DNA of 64,000 nt. It comes from an uncultured Phycisphaerales bacterium (GTDB lineage Bacteria > Planctomycetota > Phycisphaerae > Sedimentisphaerales > Anaerobacaceae). Location: assembly GCA_963718665.1 (NCBI GenBank), contig OY970359.1:2208001-2272000 (forward strand), read 5' to 3'. Shown in pieces: positions 9,072-19,671 of the stretch (the stretch's first letter is position 1; every line of letters begins with the position of its first letter). A program made the position numbers and the translations under genes. Below the pieces are notes generated by a model. That model was not told the DNA's origin. It was given only the letters and a program-made list of their open reading frames with translations, and ran no database searches.

Positions 9072-10640
9072 CTAATGACTATGCTCAGGAGAAGCATTTA
9101 GGTCGGCCTCATTTCTGTCGGGACATTTCTTACCAACCACATCAAGCTGTCCACCTTGGACAGAAGCGTTTTTGTTATTTACTACTGTATTCTCTGAACC
9201 AGAAGCAGGGATTTTCGGTGTGTCCGTGTGCACATGATAGATTGCAACGGCTGCGACTAATAGAAGGACAAAAACCGGACCATAAAACCACCAAAACTTG
9301 CCGTTGCTGTGAACTTTTTTTCTCAACAAAGGGATAGTGACAGGACTTTCTTCGCCAATCCGCTGCGTGAGTCCAATTTGTGGTATCATTTTATCTATGA
9401 ATTTCTCCACAGCAGTCCCATGCTTGACAGCCCCATATAGAAGAACGTGATACCACCATCTATCCATAAGCCAAAATGCAACCCAAGCAACAGCACCTAA
9501 GAGCATCAATATGCTGGCCAATGGGATTACCGCTTTCCCAATAGTAACAGTATAACCTTCTTTTAATGATAAAGCAGATGCTCCGAGGATTGCGGTAAGA
9601 ACCGTTATCGCATAATTGCGAATCTGCAGGCACAGGCCATTAAAGTGCTGTTGGACATCGATGGTTTTTTCCCATACACTTACTACATGCCCTATAAGCT
9701 CATTTTTCGAATATCCCATTGATTCCCATAAACGTGCGGTCGATTCAAAGCCATCAACATGCTCGACGAAATTAAATAAATTAAGCAATTCCTTAAAAGA
9801 ACTTTCTATAACAAAGTTTGCAGTAATATCCGCATCGGTTAGCTGTTTCTCTTTTTCCACATCTGCCTTTTTCCAATGTGTAACTTTACGCAACAAATTA
9901 TATCGAGGATCATTAGTTGACACGCCGTACTTTGCCCATACATCGGTAACAGAAGCCCTCTGGGCCATTGCCACATCTTTCATTAGACTATCGCCGACAT
10001 AGATTACCTGTTCTGGGGCAGCACCAATTTCTTTGATAATTCTATTTAGCAGTTCCGGATTAGGTTTTATTTCGCCTTTTGGTGTATGTCGATGAATGGT
10101 ATGCTGAAATTTATATCTTTCTGGCCCATATGCTCGTGTTTTCTCTAGATCAATATTCTTGGGAATATCATGGTCAGCAGTAGAATAAAGATAATCGAGA
10201 ACGCCATCAAGTCCTAGTTTTTTAATCCTATATTTGGAGTAATATCCCATTGACTCTGTATATCCAACAAGCAGGCAGCCCATTGATCGTAGCACACATA
10301 ACGTTTGAAGTACGTCTGGATATAGCTTTAAGGCGGTTTGTCTTGCTTGGCGATATGCTTGGATGCATTCACTATAAATAATAGGGATATTACCATCAGG
10401 GTGCTTTTTTTGGAGAGACGGGAGCTCTTCCAGAGAAAACGCGTATTCCGAAGTGCCATGTTTCTGGTGGACACTCATGAACTCTTCTTCGAGTTTATCT
10501 TGTGGTATGCCGCTTTTATTCACTAACAAGGACAGCATCGCATTGAATGATTTATACCATATGTCAAACCAATCGAATAAAGTATTGTCCAAGTCAGTTA
10601 TTATAACAGACACATTTTTCTTCATAACTGCTCTTTTCAT
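9072..10640 (-). CDS. HAD-family phosphatase fused to C-terminal multi-TM domain
   Basis: Motif I DLDNT; KPNP...YVGDSLMKDV; then three hydrophobic helices. AT-rich. Alternative start at 10625. Confidence 0.85.
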   Translation of the reverse strand: MKRAVMKKNVSVIITDLDNTLFDWFDIWYKSFNAMLSLLVNKSGIPQDKLEEEFMSVHQKHGTSEYAFSLEELPSLQKKHPDGNIPIIYSECIQAYRQARQTALKLYPDVLQTLCVLRSMGCLLVGYTESMGYYSKYRIKKLGLDGVLDYLYSTADHDIPKNIDLEKTRAYGPERYKFQHTIHRHTPKGEIKPNPELLNRIIKEIGAAPEQVIYVGDSLMKDVAMAQRASVTDVWAKYGVSTNDPRYNLLRKVTHWKKADVEKEKQLTDADITANFVIESSFKELLNLFNFVEHVDGFESTARLWESMGYSKNELIGHVVSVWEKTIDVQQHFNGLCLQIRNYAITVLTAILGASALSLKEGYTVTIGKAVIPLASILMLLGAVAWVAFWLMDRWWYHVLLYGAVKHGTAVEKFIDKMIPQIGLTQRIGEESPVTIPLLRKKVHSNGKFWWFYGPVFVLLLVAAVAIYHVHTDTPKIPASGSENTVVNNKNASVQGGQLDVVGKKCPDRNEADLNASPEHSH

Positions 10641-10812
10641 TTTCAGTATTAGATTAGTTCGCCAGCGGATTTATTATCCTCGGAATTTTTGCCGAAGGCA
10701 AGCTGAAAATTTCCTATTGATACTAGGTGTAAATCCGCCAAATGAACGGCGAGCGACGGGGTTCAAGTATTTTCCGGAAAATTCAACTTCTCCCTTCTGC
10801 CTTAACTGAACG

Positions 10813-11406
10813 CTACACGTTGCCCGCTGCTTTTGGGAAGTTCAACCTTGCAAACTCCCCATGGTATTTCCTCGCTGCCTCATCATACGCCTTTGCGGCG
10901 TCTTCCTCGTTATCGAATCTGCCCAAGCAAATCCTTTTCTTGTGGTAGTCGATGTTGGCAACCCATCTTTTTCGTCCATTAGTTAAAGAAACACCCATAA
11001 AATGGGAGGTGGTGTTCTTTCTTTTTGGAACGTTAATGTTATTCTCCGAACGTGTCGCAAGACGAAGATTAGACCTTTGATTATCAAGGCCATCGAGGTT
11101 TCTATGGTCAACAAGAAGGCCTTTAGGCGGCTTCAAAATCTCCCTGTGCATTGCAATTATTGTCGGCCCATCGGCGCATTCATTATCGAATCGAACCGCA
11201 TAGAAAGATTTGGTTCCTCTTTTGCTAACCCAGTCGAAATCGTTGAGCCAGTAGAAATCGCCCGGGTCAACAAGGGCGTATTTGCCTTCTGTGAGGCGGA
11301 TTTTGCGGTAGGGGTGGGCAAATTTGCGTTTGCGATAGAAAAGCACAGGCCAGGCGAAAATACGGTCAAGCCAATTCGGAATACTGATTGTTAAGCGAAG
11401 TTTCAT
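10813..11406 (-). CDS. HNH endonuclease-AP2 domain protein, copy 1
   Basis: MHREIL...[17 protein letters not shown] (HNH) and SHFMGV...RWVANI...[15 protein letters not shown]...FARLNFP (AP2). Start MKLRLT with AGAGG RBS. Confidence 0.9.
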   Translation of the reverse strand: MKLRLTISIPNWLDRIFAWPVLFYRKRKFAHPYRKIRLTEGKYALVDPGDFYWLNDFDWVSKRGTKSFYAVRFDNECADGPTIIAMHREILKPPKGLLVDHRNLDGLDNQRSNLRLATRSENNINVPKRKNTTSHFMGVSLTNGRKRWVANIDYHKKRICLGRFDNEEDAAKAYDEAARKYHGEFARLNFPKAAGNV

Positions 11407-11832
11407 AGTTCCTCTCCTCGGAGCGCAGCGCAGATCCCCGAGAACCCGCCCCATTGGTTCCGCAGCAGGGAATCCATATTTTCATTCTGGTTTAATTGAA
11501 ATCCGAAATGGAACTTCTGTCCCTGCTCCCTTGCCCTCCTGGGGCGAAATGCCCGCCAAATTGACCGGCGGGGCGGGTAAACCTTGCGCTTCTGCGCTAC
11601 TACGCCGACCCGCCTAACTGACTGGCGGGTAAACCTCCTGACCCCTTCGACTCCGCTCAGGGCAGGTCAGCGGGTTAGAATTTTATCAAACAACGCCTGT
11701 AAGTCAAGATAAAACTAACATTTTTTAAAAGATTTATGCAAAACGACATAAGTCCTTGTTTGTAAATTGGTTACAACAAAGGATTTTTAAGTCGCTACTC
11801 CCGAAAGGGACGCCTGACAGCGGGCGGATAAA

Positions 11833-11864
11833 TCCCGTGAGATAGAAAAACTTATCTCACGGGA
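11833..11864. repeat. Perfect 12-bp-stem palindrome overlapping the stop of the 3D-domain gene
   Basis: TCCCGTGAGATA-gaaaaact-TATCTCACGGGA. Supplies the terminal PVR* of 11852..12613. Confidence 0.8.
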
Positions 11865-12613
11865 TAAATATCTACGTAGCGGTTGCCGCCTGTGCGGTTC
11901 CATTCGTCAATCGCGGATTTGCCTTCGCCCAAATAGATATCAATGCGTTTTCCCTTTACTGATTGGCCTGAGTCCTGGACTATGAAGTTTGCGGAGGCGA
12001 GGCCTGCGGGGGTGGTTGCGCCGTTTTTGAAGACAAGGGTAACGGTTTGGCCGGGCGGGATGAGTAATGAATCGGCGGAGATAGATGACCAGGGAGTAAG
12101 GGGTTGGCCCGTTGAGCCGGTGAGTGATGAAACGATTGAATAGGTTGCTGAGTCGGGATGCAAAAGAGCCAGATTGCCGAAGCCGGTAAAGTCGGTGATG
12201 CCCAGCCGGGCGTAGCGATTGCGGAGGGTTTGCGGATTGATAACCCATTTGCCTTCGGGGTTTCTGCCTGCGTTTGGTCCTGTGAGGCGGGCGAAACAGC
12301 CGGCGCCCCCTGTGTATTTGATATAATCGCCATCAAGGGCGGTTTTGCCCGTGCCCTGCATAGCGACTCCCATGCCGCCGAATAAAAAGGATGCTTTCAA
12401 GGTATAAGTTTTGTTTGAAATGGTCGTGGTGATGGTTTGTGTGCCGGGGAGTTCGGAATTGTAAACACAGTGGTAGGCGGTCGCGTAAACATCGGTGATA
12501 AGAGGCGGCTGTTTATAAAAGTCATCCGAAGCGGCTGCGCTATCCCCAGCGACGGATAGCAGCGCCATTGTTACGACCCACAACAGATATGACTTTTTCC
12601 CGTGTTCCATCAC
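11852..12613 (-). CDS. Secreted 3D-domain (MltA-like) protein
   Basis: Signal peptide; ATAY...; ISADSLLIPPG...VQDSGQSVKGKRIDIYLG three-aspartate motif. Confidence 0.75.
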   Translation of the reverse strand: MMEHGKKSYLLWVVTMALLSVAGDSAAASDDFYKQPPLITDVYATAYHCVYNSELPGTQTITTTISNKTYTLKASFLFGGMGVAMQGTGKTALDGDYIKYTGGAGCFARLTGPNAGRNPEGKWVINPQTLRNRYARLGITDFTGFGNLALLHPDSATYSIVSSLTGSTGQPLTPWSSISADSLLIPPGQTVTLVFKNGATTPAGLASANFIVQDSGQSVKGKRIDIYLGEGKSAIDEWNRTGGNRYVDIYPVR

Positions 12614-12806
12614 CTATTAATACGATTTTGTTTTAGCCGGAGTGATAAGGGTTATGCTTAAATGTGCCCTCTTTGTTGCTCAAATAAACGCGGGCGACTA
12701 AGCAATTTCCTGATAAGCACAATTTTGCGCCAATCGTATAAATGAACAGAACAAGAAGCAGATTTGAAACCTTTCGCAATGGGCACAAATTTGAAAGGAG
12801 CTGACA

Positions 12807-13172
12807 ATGATTACGCTAACGGACACAAGAAAAGCGGTGGAGTTTTTCGAGGCGAAGCTCGAATTTACGACCGGACCTGTCGAGCTGAACTCAATGATTG
12901 AAAGCGGCGAGTATGTGAACATCATTGACGTTCGAGGCAAAGAGGATTTCAGCAAAGGCCATATCCCCGGAGCGGTAAATCTTCCGAAGGAACGGTGGAA
13001 CTCGTTTAGGGGATTGAGCAGAGAGAGGGCCAACGTTGTGTATTGCTATTCACAGCAATGCCATCTGGCGGCGAGGGCGTGCAAACTCTTTGCGGAAAAC
13101 GGGCATCCTGTGATGGAGCTCGAAGGCGGCTTTGATGCCTGGCAGAAACATTCGCTGCCGATTGGGAGGTGA
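12807..13172 (+). CDS. Rhodanese-like domain protein
   Basis: IIDVR...GHIPGAVNLP...VVYCYSQQC...LEGGFDAW. AAGGAG RBS. Confidence 0.92.
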   Translation: MITLTDTRKAVEFFEAKLEFTTGPVELNSMIESGEYVNIIDVRGKEDFSKGHIPGAVNLPKERWNSFRGLSRERANVVYCYSQQCHLAARACKLFAENGHPVMELEGGFDAWQKHSLPIGR

Positions 13173-13210
13173 ATGAGTATCGCAGCGAAATACACATTAG
13201 TGATTTGAGA

Positions 13211-13238
13211 ATAGCCGGTTTTTTAGCCGGCTTTTTTC
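13211..13238. terminator. Probable terminator between convergent genes
   Basis: AGCCGGTT-tttt-AGCCGGCT then T run. Confidence 0.6.
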
Positions 13239-13249
13239 TTTGGAGGTTG

Positions 13250-14245
13250 TCAGCCGAGGATGAGATTTGCGGTGGAAAAGTAAAAGAGGAGGGTGGCGAT
13301 GTCTGCTGCGGCGAGGACGATGGGGCCTGCGGCGACTTTGGGGTCGATGCGGAATTTTCGTATGAGGGTGGGGACAATGACGCCGAGGAGGCAGGCGGTG
13401 ATGACAGAAAGCCAGATGCTGAGACCGATGGCGAGACCCTGCCATAAGACGCCTTTCCAGGAGTAAGCGGTAAGTCCGACGACGAAGCCGGAGCCGGCGC
13501 CGAGGAGGACGGAGGTTAGCAATTCGCTGCGGACACCTATCAATATGCGCCGCCAGGAGGCGTTTCGCTGGAGGAGGACCTGGAGGGTAAGGGCCATTGA
13601 CTGGATGCTGACGCTTTCGGAGATTGCCAGGACGACGGTGATGAACATCGCGAGGATGGCCAGTTCGCTGATGAGCAGTTCGTATCGGCTGGCGATGAAG
13701 GCGCAGATTATGCCGCTGGTGATATTGCAGAAAAGCCAGGGGAACCGGCCTTTGAAGTCCGACCACGGAGAAACCTTTTTTTTGCCGATGGAGACGTGGA
13801 CACCAATCATCTGGAAGACGTTTTCGAGCTGACGCTGGTGGTTGAGCGAGACGACATCGTCGGTGAAGAGATTGATATCGACGATGCCGAGGATTTTGTT
13901 GTCGTCATCAACTACGGGCAGAGCAAGAAAGCGATATTCCGTGAAAAGCTCGCAGGCGTGCAAAACCGACTGTGAATACAGGACCGAGACAGGGGAACGG
14001 ACCATAATCGACGAGATTTTCGTTTGGGGGTCGCTGGTGATTACGTTTCTTATGGGAACGACGCCTGTGAGGCGATTATGCTCGTCGGTAACGTAGAGAT
14101 AAAGGATATCTTTAGGGGAGGCGTTATCCCTGATGGATTTTATGGCATGAGCTACGGTTTCGTCGTATTTAAGCGTGACGAAATCGGTCCGCATATAGGC
14201 GGAGACAGGTTCCCGCAGATTATGGTCGCTCAATTTAGCCGGCAT
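13250..14245 (-). CDS. mgtE: MgtE-family magnesium transporter (CBS pair + TM domain, no N-terminal domain)
   Basis: Two CBS repeats (YLYVTD, LALPVVDD), RFPWL, IDPKVAAGPIVLAAADI. Confidence 0.88.
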   Translation of the reverse strand: MPAKLSDHNLREPVSAYMRTDFVTLKYDETVAHAIKSIRDNASPKDILYLYVTDEHNRLTGVVPIRNVITSDPQTKISSIMVRSPVSVLYSQSVLHACELFTEYRFLALPVVDDDNKILGIVDINLFTDDVVSLNHQRQLENVFQMIGVHVSIGKKKVSPWSDFKGRFPWLFCNITSGIICAFIASRYELLISELAILAMFITVVLAISESVSIQSMALTLQVLLQRNASWRRILIGVRSELLTSVLLGAGSGFVVGLTAYSWKGVLWQGLAIGLSIWLSVITACLLGVIVPTLIRKFRIDPKVAAGPIVLAAADIATLLFYFSTANLILG

Positions 14246-14476
14246 TACACACCTTTCGGCGGCAACTATACCATAAAGGCAGGCAGAAATTCAATAATGC
14301 TGACCATCTTAAATTTATGCGGATTTGTCTTTTCTGCTAAAATTGAGGCTTAAAGAACTTCGAGATAAAGTTAAAAATTTTGAATTTTCGCGACAAATTT
14401 GATATTCTATCGAAAATGAGTCTCAGCAGTGTAGTTGAGCAGAAATATACAAGGTTATATGGGAAATCCCAGTTAA

Positions 14477-15496
<1,020 letters not shown>

Positions 15497-15623
15497 AAAG
15501 CTCTCTGCCGTTCTATCGAACGCGCATACATACCTCCATAGAGGAATCAAAATTTTTAGCTTCTTGTCTTGGGTTTTCGGCCTCAATTTTAGCAGCAAAG
15601 ATAAATTTGGCGCGGATTTATCT

Positions 15624-15651
15624 TTGACAGCGGACTAAAAAACAATATGAT
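15624..15651 (+). promoter_or_regulatory. Sigma70-type promoter
   Basis: TTGACA-16 nt-TATGAT. Confidence 0.55.
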
Positions 15652-15697
15652 TCATTCCTTTACACATGTAAATAATAGCTCGAATGGAGATGATGGT

Positions 15698-17596
15698 ATG
15701 CGTAAGGCAATTGCAGTGTTAGCAGTGGGGGTATTAATTCTTATGTGTTCGACTTTTTCGACTTCGGCTAAGGGGTATCAGAACTTCAAAGTGGCAATTT
15801 ATGCTACGGCTCGGGACGTGAACCAGATGAGCGACGCCAACTGGCTGGCGACACGCTGGGATGAGATATCGAGGCAGGTTAAAGTCGACAAGATTTATTT
15901 AGAGACGAGCCGCAACAATATCCTGGTGGATGTGAATACGGTATTGGCGGCGAAGAAATTTTTCAAGGATAAAGGCGTCGAGGTAGCGGGCGGCATTACC
16001 TATACGGTGATGGAAAGCAATCGCTTCCAGACGTTTTGCTATACCAAGCCCGAATCGCGCAAACGGGTGAAAGAAATAGCGGAATATACGGCGAAATTAT
16101 TCGATGAGATTATTCTCGACGACTTTTTCTTTACCAACTGCAAATGCGAATCGTGCATCAAGGCCAAGGGCAACCAGAGCTGGTCGGAATTTCGACTTGA
16201 CTTGATGAAGGGGGCCGCGAGAAACCTGGTGGTGGGGCCTGCCAAGGCGGTAAATCCGAAGGTAAAAATGGTAATCAAGTACCCGAACTGGTACGAGCAT
16301 TTCCAGGGCTGTGGGTTTAACCTTGAGGCGCAGCCGAAGATTTTCGATGGGATATATACGGGGACAGAAACGAGAGACCCGGTTTATACGGACCAGCACC
16401 TTCAGCAATATGAGAGTTATGAGATATACCGGTATTTCGAGAACATAAAGCCGGGCGGTAACGGCGGCGGGTGGGTCGATACGTTCGGGATTCGATATAT
16501 GGACCGTTACGCGGAGCAGTTGTGGCTGACGCTGTTCGCAAAGGCGCCGGAGATTACGCTTTTTAACTTCAGCGCGATGCTGAGGCCCATACCGCAGGAA
16601 TACCGTGCTGACTGGCAAGGGGGGCAGACGTGCTTCGATTTTAATGAGATGATGAAGCCGATAAAATTGAGTAACGGCACGACAGTTGCGCCAAGCTCAA
16701 TGGCAAGACCCGCCGGCTATAGTTTAGAGTTGGTTGATAAATTTTTAGGCAAGCTGGGCAACCCAATCGGGGTCAAAAGCTACAAGCCATATAATTCGGT
16801 CGGTGAGGATTTCCTGCACAACTATATTGGTATGTGCGGGATACCGATGGATTTGATGCCTGAGTTCCCGGCGGAGGCCAATGTGATATTCCTGACCGAG
16901 TCGGCGAAGTTCGACGATGGAATAGTAGCTAAAATCAAAAAGCAGTTGGTTGACGGCAAGACGGTCATAATCACGTCCGGGTTGTATAAGGCGCTGCAAG
17001 GCAAAGGTATCGAGGACATCGTCGAATTGAGAATAGGCGACGAAAAGGCGCTCGCTAAAAAATTCCAGTTCCAGCGCAGATTGGGCCAGGTATGTGAGTC
17101 CAAACAGGAGATTATGATTCCGCAGATTAAATACCTTACTAATGATTCGTGGGAGGAGATTTTCTGCCTGGCCAGCGGCAATGGCTATCCGATTTTACAT
17201 TCGGCGGATTATGCCAACAGCCGATTGTATATCCTGACGATTCCCGATAACTACGGGGATTTATACAACCTGCCCGCGGAAGTCCTGACTCAAATCAGGG
17301 CCGTGGTGGCGAAAGATATGTATGTTCGATTAGACGGCCCCAGCCAGGTAGCGATGTTCGTTTATGACAACGATACGTTTATCGTGGAGTCATTCCGTGA
17401 TGAGCCGGTTGACGTGAAGATTGTGGCGGACAAGCGAATAAATAAATTGAAGGACATTCTCACCGGCGAAGAACTCACAGGCGAGGCGATAGTGACCCAG
17501 CCGAGGCGATTGGGACAAGCGGCGCCAGCACCCGATAAGATGGCCTTCAAAATGACAATCAAACCGCATTCTTTCCGGGTCTTCAAATGCGAGTAG
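15698..17596 (+). CDS. Secreted protein, probable glycoside-hydrolase-like TIM barrel
   Basis: Signal peptide; EIILDDFFFTNCKCESC; 632 aa; GGAG RBS. Family not recognised precisely. Confidence 0.55.
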   Translation: MRKAIAVLAVGVLILMCSTFSTSAKGYQNFKVAIYATARDVNQMSDANWLATRWDEISRQVKVDKIYLETSRNNILVDVNTVLAAKKFFKDKGVEVAGGITYTVMESNRFQTFCYTKPESRKRVKEIAEYTAKLFDEIILDDFFFTNCKCESCIKAKGNQSWSEFRLDLMKGAARNLVVGPAKAVNPKVKMVIKYPNWYEHFQGCGFNLEAQPKIFDGIYTGTETRDPVYTDQHLQQYESYEIYRYFENIKPGGNGGGWVDTFGIRYMDRYAEQLWLTLFAKAPEITLFNFSAMLRPIPQEYRADWQGGQTCFDFNEMMKPIKLSNGTTVAPSSMARPAGYSLELVDKFLGKLGNPIGVKSYKPYNSVGEDFLHNYIGMCGIPMDLMPEFPAEANVIFLTESAKFDDGIVAKIKKQLVDGKTVIITSGLYKALQGKGIEDIVELRIGDEKALAKKFQFQRRLGQVCESKQEIMIPQIKYLTNDSWEEIFCLASGNGYPILHSADYANSRLYILTIPDNYGDLYNLPAEVLTQIRAVVAKDMYVRLDGPSQVAMFVYDNDTFIVESFRDEPVDVKIVADKRINKLKDILTGEELTGEAIVTQPRRLGQAAPAPDKMAFKMTIKPHSFRVFKCE

Positions 17597-17641
17597 CATT
17601 AGAAGCAATAAGAACGAGTTACCTGCTTTTTATGATATCGC

Positions 17642-18235
17642 CTATTTTGGCACAATAGGGATATAGATATAGACAGGGCGGTTCATCCATTCCCGTGGGG
17701 CATACTGCTCGAAACAGCAGGCGTTTTTGTCTATTTTGTAACGTGAGGCGGGCAGCCATTCGCTGTATATATATTGATAGGTCTTGCCCATATCCTGGCT
17801 TGTGCATTTGAAAACGGCGTATTTGGCGGCGGGGATATTGCGGGTCACGAGGGCTTTATCGGGCGGGGTCGCATCGCTGTGAACAGGCGTTCCGGCGAGG
17901 TAATCGAAGGCGTCCTTTTTGTCTGTCGCGAAGGTGACACCATAATACCGCCATTCAACGCTGATGGGTCTGAGCTGTGTTCTGTATTGGTCGAAGGCGT
18001 CCCAGATTTTGGTATATGTATCCGGATTCTTTTCGTCAGCCGATGTAATGCGGGTTTGAGTGCCCATTATGGTGAAGGCGTCTCTGTCTTTTAAATCGTA
18101 GTTCATCACGACTGTTTTTTCGGCTTTGGCGGATGTTTTCGGGGCAGTCGAGGCCTGCTGGCTTTCATTGCATCCCTGTGTCATAATGGAGGCCACTGCT
18201 ATTATTGCAACGGTGAGATTTCTTATGGTTCGCAT
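17642..18235 (-). CDS. Lipoprotein with GyrI-like ligand-binding domain
   Basis: Lipobox-like TQGC; IPAAKYAVF...YQYIYSEWLPASRY...FEQY...IYIPI. Confidence 0.85.
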   Translation of the reverse strand: MRTIRNLTVAIIAVASIMTQGCNESQQASTAPKTSAKAEKTVVMNYDLKDRDAFTIMGTQTRITSADEKNPDTYTKIWDAFDQYRTQLRPISVEWRYYGVTFATDKKDAFDYLAGTPVHSDATPPDKALVTRNIPAAKYAVFKCTSQDMGKTYQYIYSEWLPASRYKIDKNACCFEQYAPREWMNRPVYIYIPIVPK

Positions 18236-18349
18236 GCTATTGTCCTTTCAGCAAAATGAAATAAACTGTTTTTTGTCAGTGGGGTAATTATAATTACTGT
18301 CAGCCGGTTTTAGCAAGAGTGAACAATATGTTTTTGAAAGGTAAGGACA

Positions 18350-19393
18350 ATGCGAAGACGGGACGTTTTGGCGTTGCCGATTCTGGCGGCGGCTGGGGGA
18401 TATAGCTCGAAGATGGCTTGGGCGGAGTCAGGAAAACCAGTGAAAAACGATTTGGTTGAGAAAGCCAAAATCGCGATGCTTTGTATGCAGCGGGCAAGCT
18501 GGGAGCAGGGTGTGGCATCGCATGCGATGATAGAGCAGGGGGAAAAGGACATCGTTGTGCTGATGGGTAAAGAGGCCGTTACCCGCAGGAAAGAAGACGG
18601 GCGGGTGGCGATGCTTGGAACGGAAAGCGCGGTAACCGACCCCGGCTCGAATGGGGCCGCGATTTTGTATGCTTACAAAGTTACCGGTGACTCGAAACTA
18701 AAAGACGCGGCGGACGCGTTATATACATATCTCAAAAAGAGGGCGCCGAGAACTGAAAACGGGGCGATATGTCACGTTACGCCCGGCAAAGAAATCTGGA
18801 GCGACGCGATGTTTATGACGCCGCCGTTTTTGGCTCTTATGGGCGATTTCGAGGAGACAATGCGGCAGGTTGATTGTTACCGGGGATTTTTGTGGAACAA
18901 GGAAAAGAAGCTGTTTTCACATATATGGGATGACAAGAAAAAGGTTTTCAAGCATGAAGCGTGCTGGGGCGGGGGCAACGGCTGGTGCGCGGCGGGAATG
19001 GCGCAGATAATCGATACGCTGCCGAAGGATAAGCAAGATGACCGCAAAAAGCTGATTGGCTATACGGAGGAATTATTGGACGGCTGTATTTCTTTTATGC
19101 GGCCTGACGGGCTGTTTCACGACGTGGTTGACGATACGAATACGTTTGTCGAGACCAATTTGTCGCAGATGCTGGCGTATTCGATTTACAAGGGGGTAAA
19201 GTCCGGCTGGCTGAAAGATAGTTACCTCAAATCGGCGGACAAGATGCGGACGGGCGCACACAGCAAAGTTGACGAGTATGGCGTTGTGCAGGGGGCGTGC
19301 GGCTCGCCGTTGTTTGACCGGTCAGGAACCAGCACCGAGGCGCAGGCATTTTTGCTGATGATGGAAGCGGCATATTCGCGTCTGGCCGGCTGA
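18350..19393 (+). CDS. GH88/GH105 unsaturated glycuronyl hydrolase, Tat-like leader
   Basis: IWSDAMFMTPPFL, WGGGNGW, DGLFH, ET motifs; MRRRD leader. Confidence 0.85.
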   Translation: MRRRDVLALPILAAAGGYSSKMAWAESGKPVKNDLVEKAKIAMLCMQRASWEQGVASHAMIEQGEKDIVVLMGKEAVTRRKEDGRVAMLGTESAVTDPGSNGAAILYAYKVTGDSKLKDAADALYTYLKKRAPRTENGAICHVTPGKEIWSDAMFMTPPFLALMGDFEETMRQVDCYRGFLWNKEKKLFSHIWDDKKKVFKHEACWGGGNGWCAAGMAQIIDTLPKDKQDDRKKLIGYTEELLDGCISFMRPDGLFHDVVDDTNTFVETNLSQMLAYSIYKGVKSGWLKDSYLKSADKMRTGAHSKVDEYGVVQGACGSPLFDRSGTSTEAQAFLLMMEAAYSRLAG

Positions 19394-19551
19394 TATTTTG
19401 CAATAGCCACTCGATGATATTTTTTGTAAAATTTTTCTATCGTAACCACTGCCCCTGTAAGGGCTTACGAATAACAGGCGCAAAATCATTCGTTTTTTTT
19501 CATCAACATTAGCATTGGTCAGTCGCCTTCTGATATAGAAGCAGGAGAACT

Positions 19552-19671
19552 ATGTTTATGACACTACCCAAAGTTCCAGAAATAGTCGCAATTCGGCAAG
19601 TTCAAGTAAACGCCGGTCAACACCCCACAAATGTATACGCAGGATTTATCGGAGGAAACCCCAATGGCTAA
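19552..19671 (+). CDS. Putative 39-aa upstream ORF overlapping the TPR gene start
   Basis: AGGAG at 19543-19547; MFMTLPKVPEIVAIRQVQVNAGQHPTNVYAGFIGGNPNG*. Stop overlaps ATG 19664. Confidence 0.3.
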   Translation: MFMTLPKVPEIVAIRQVQVNAGQHPTNVYAGFIGGNPNG

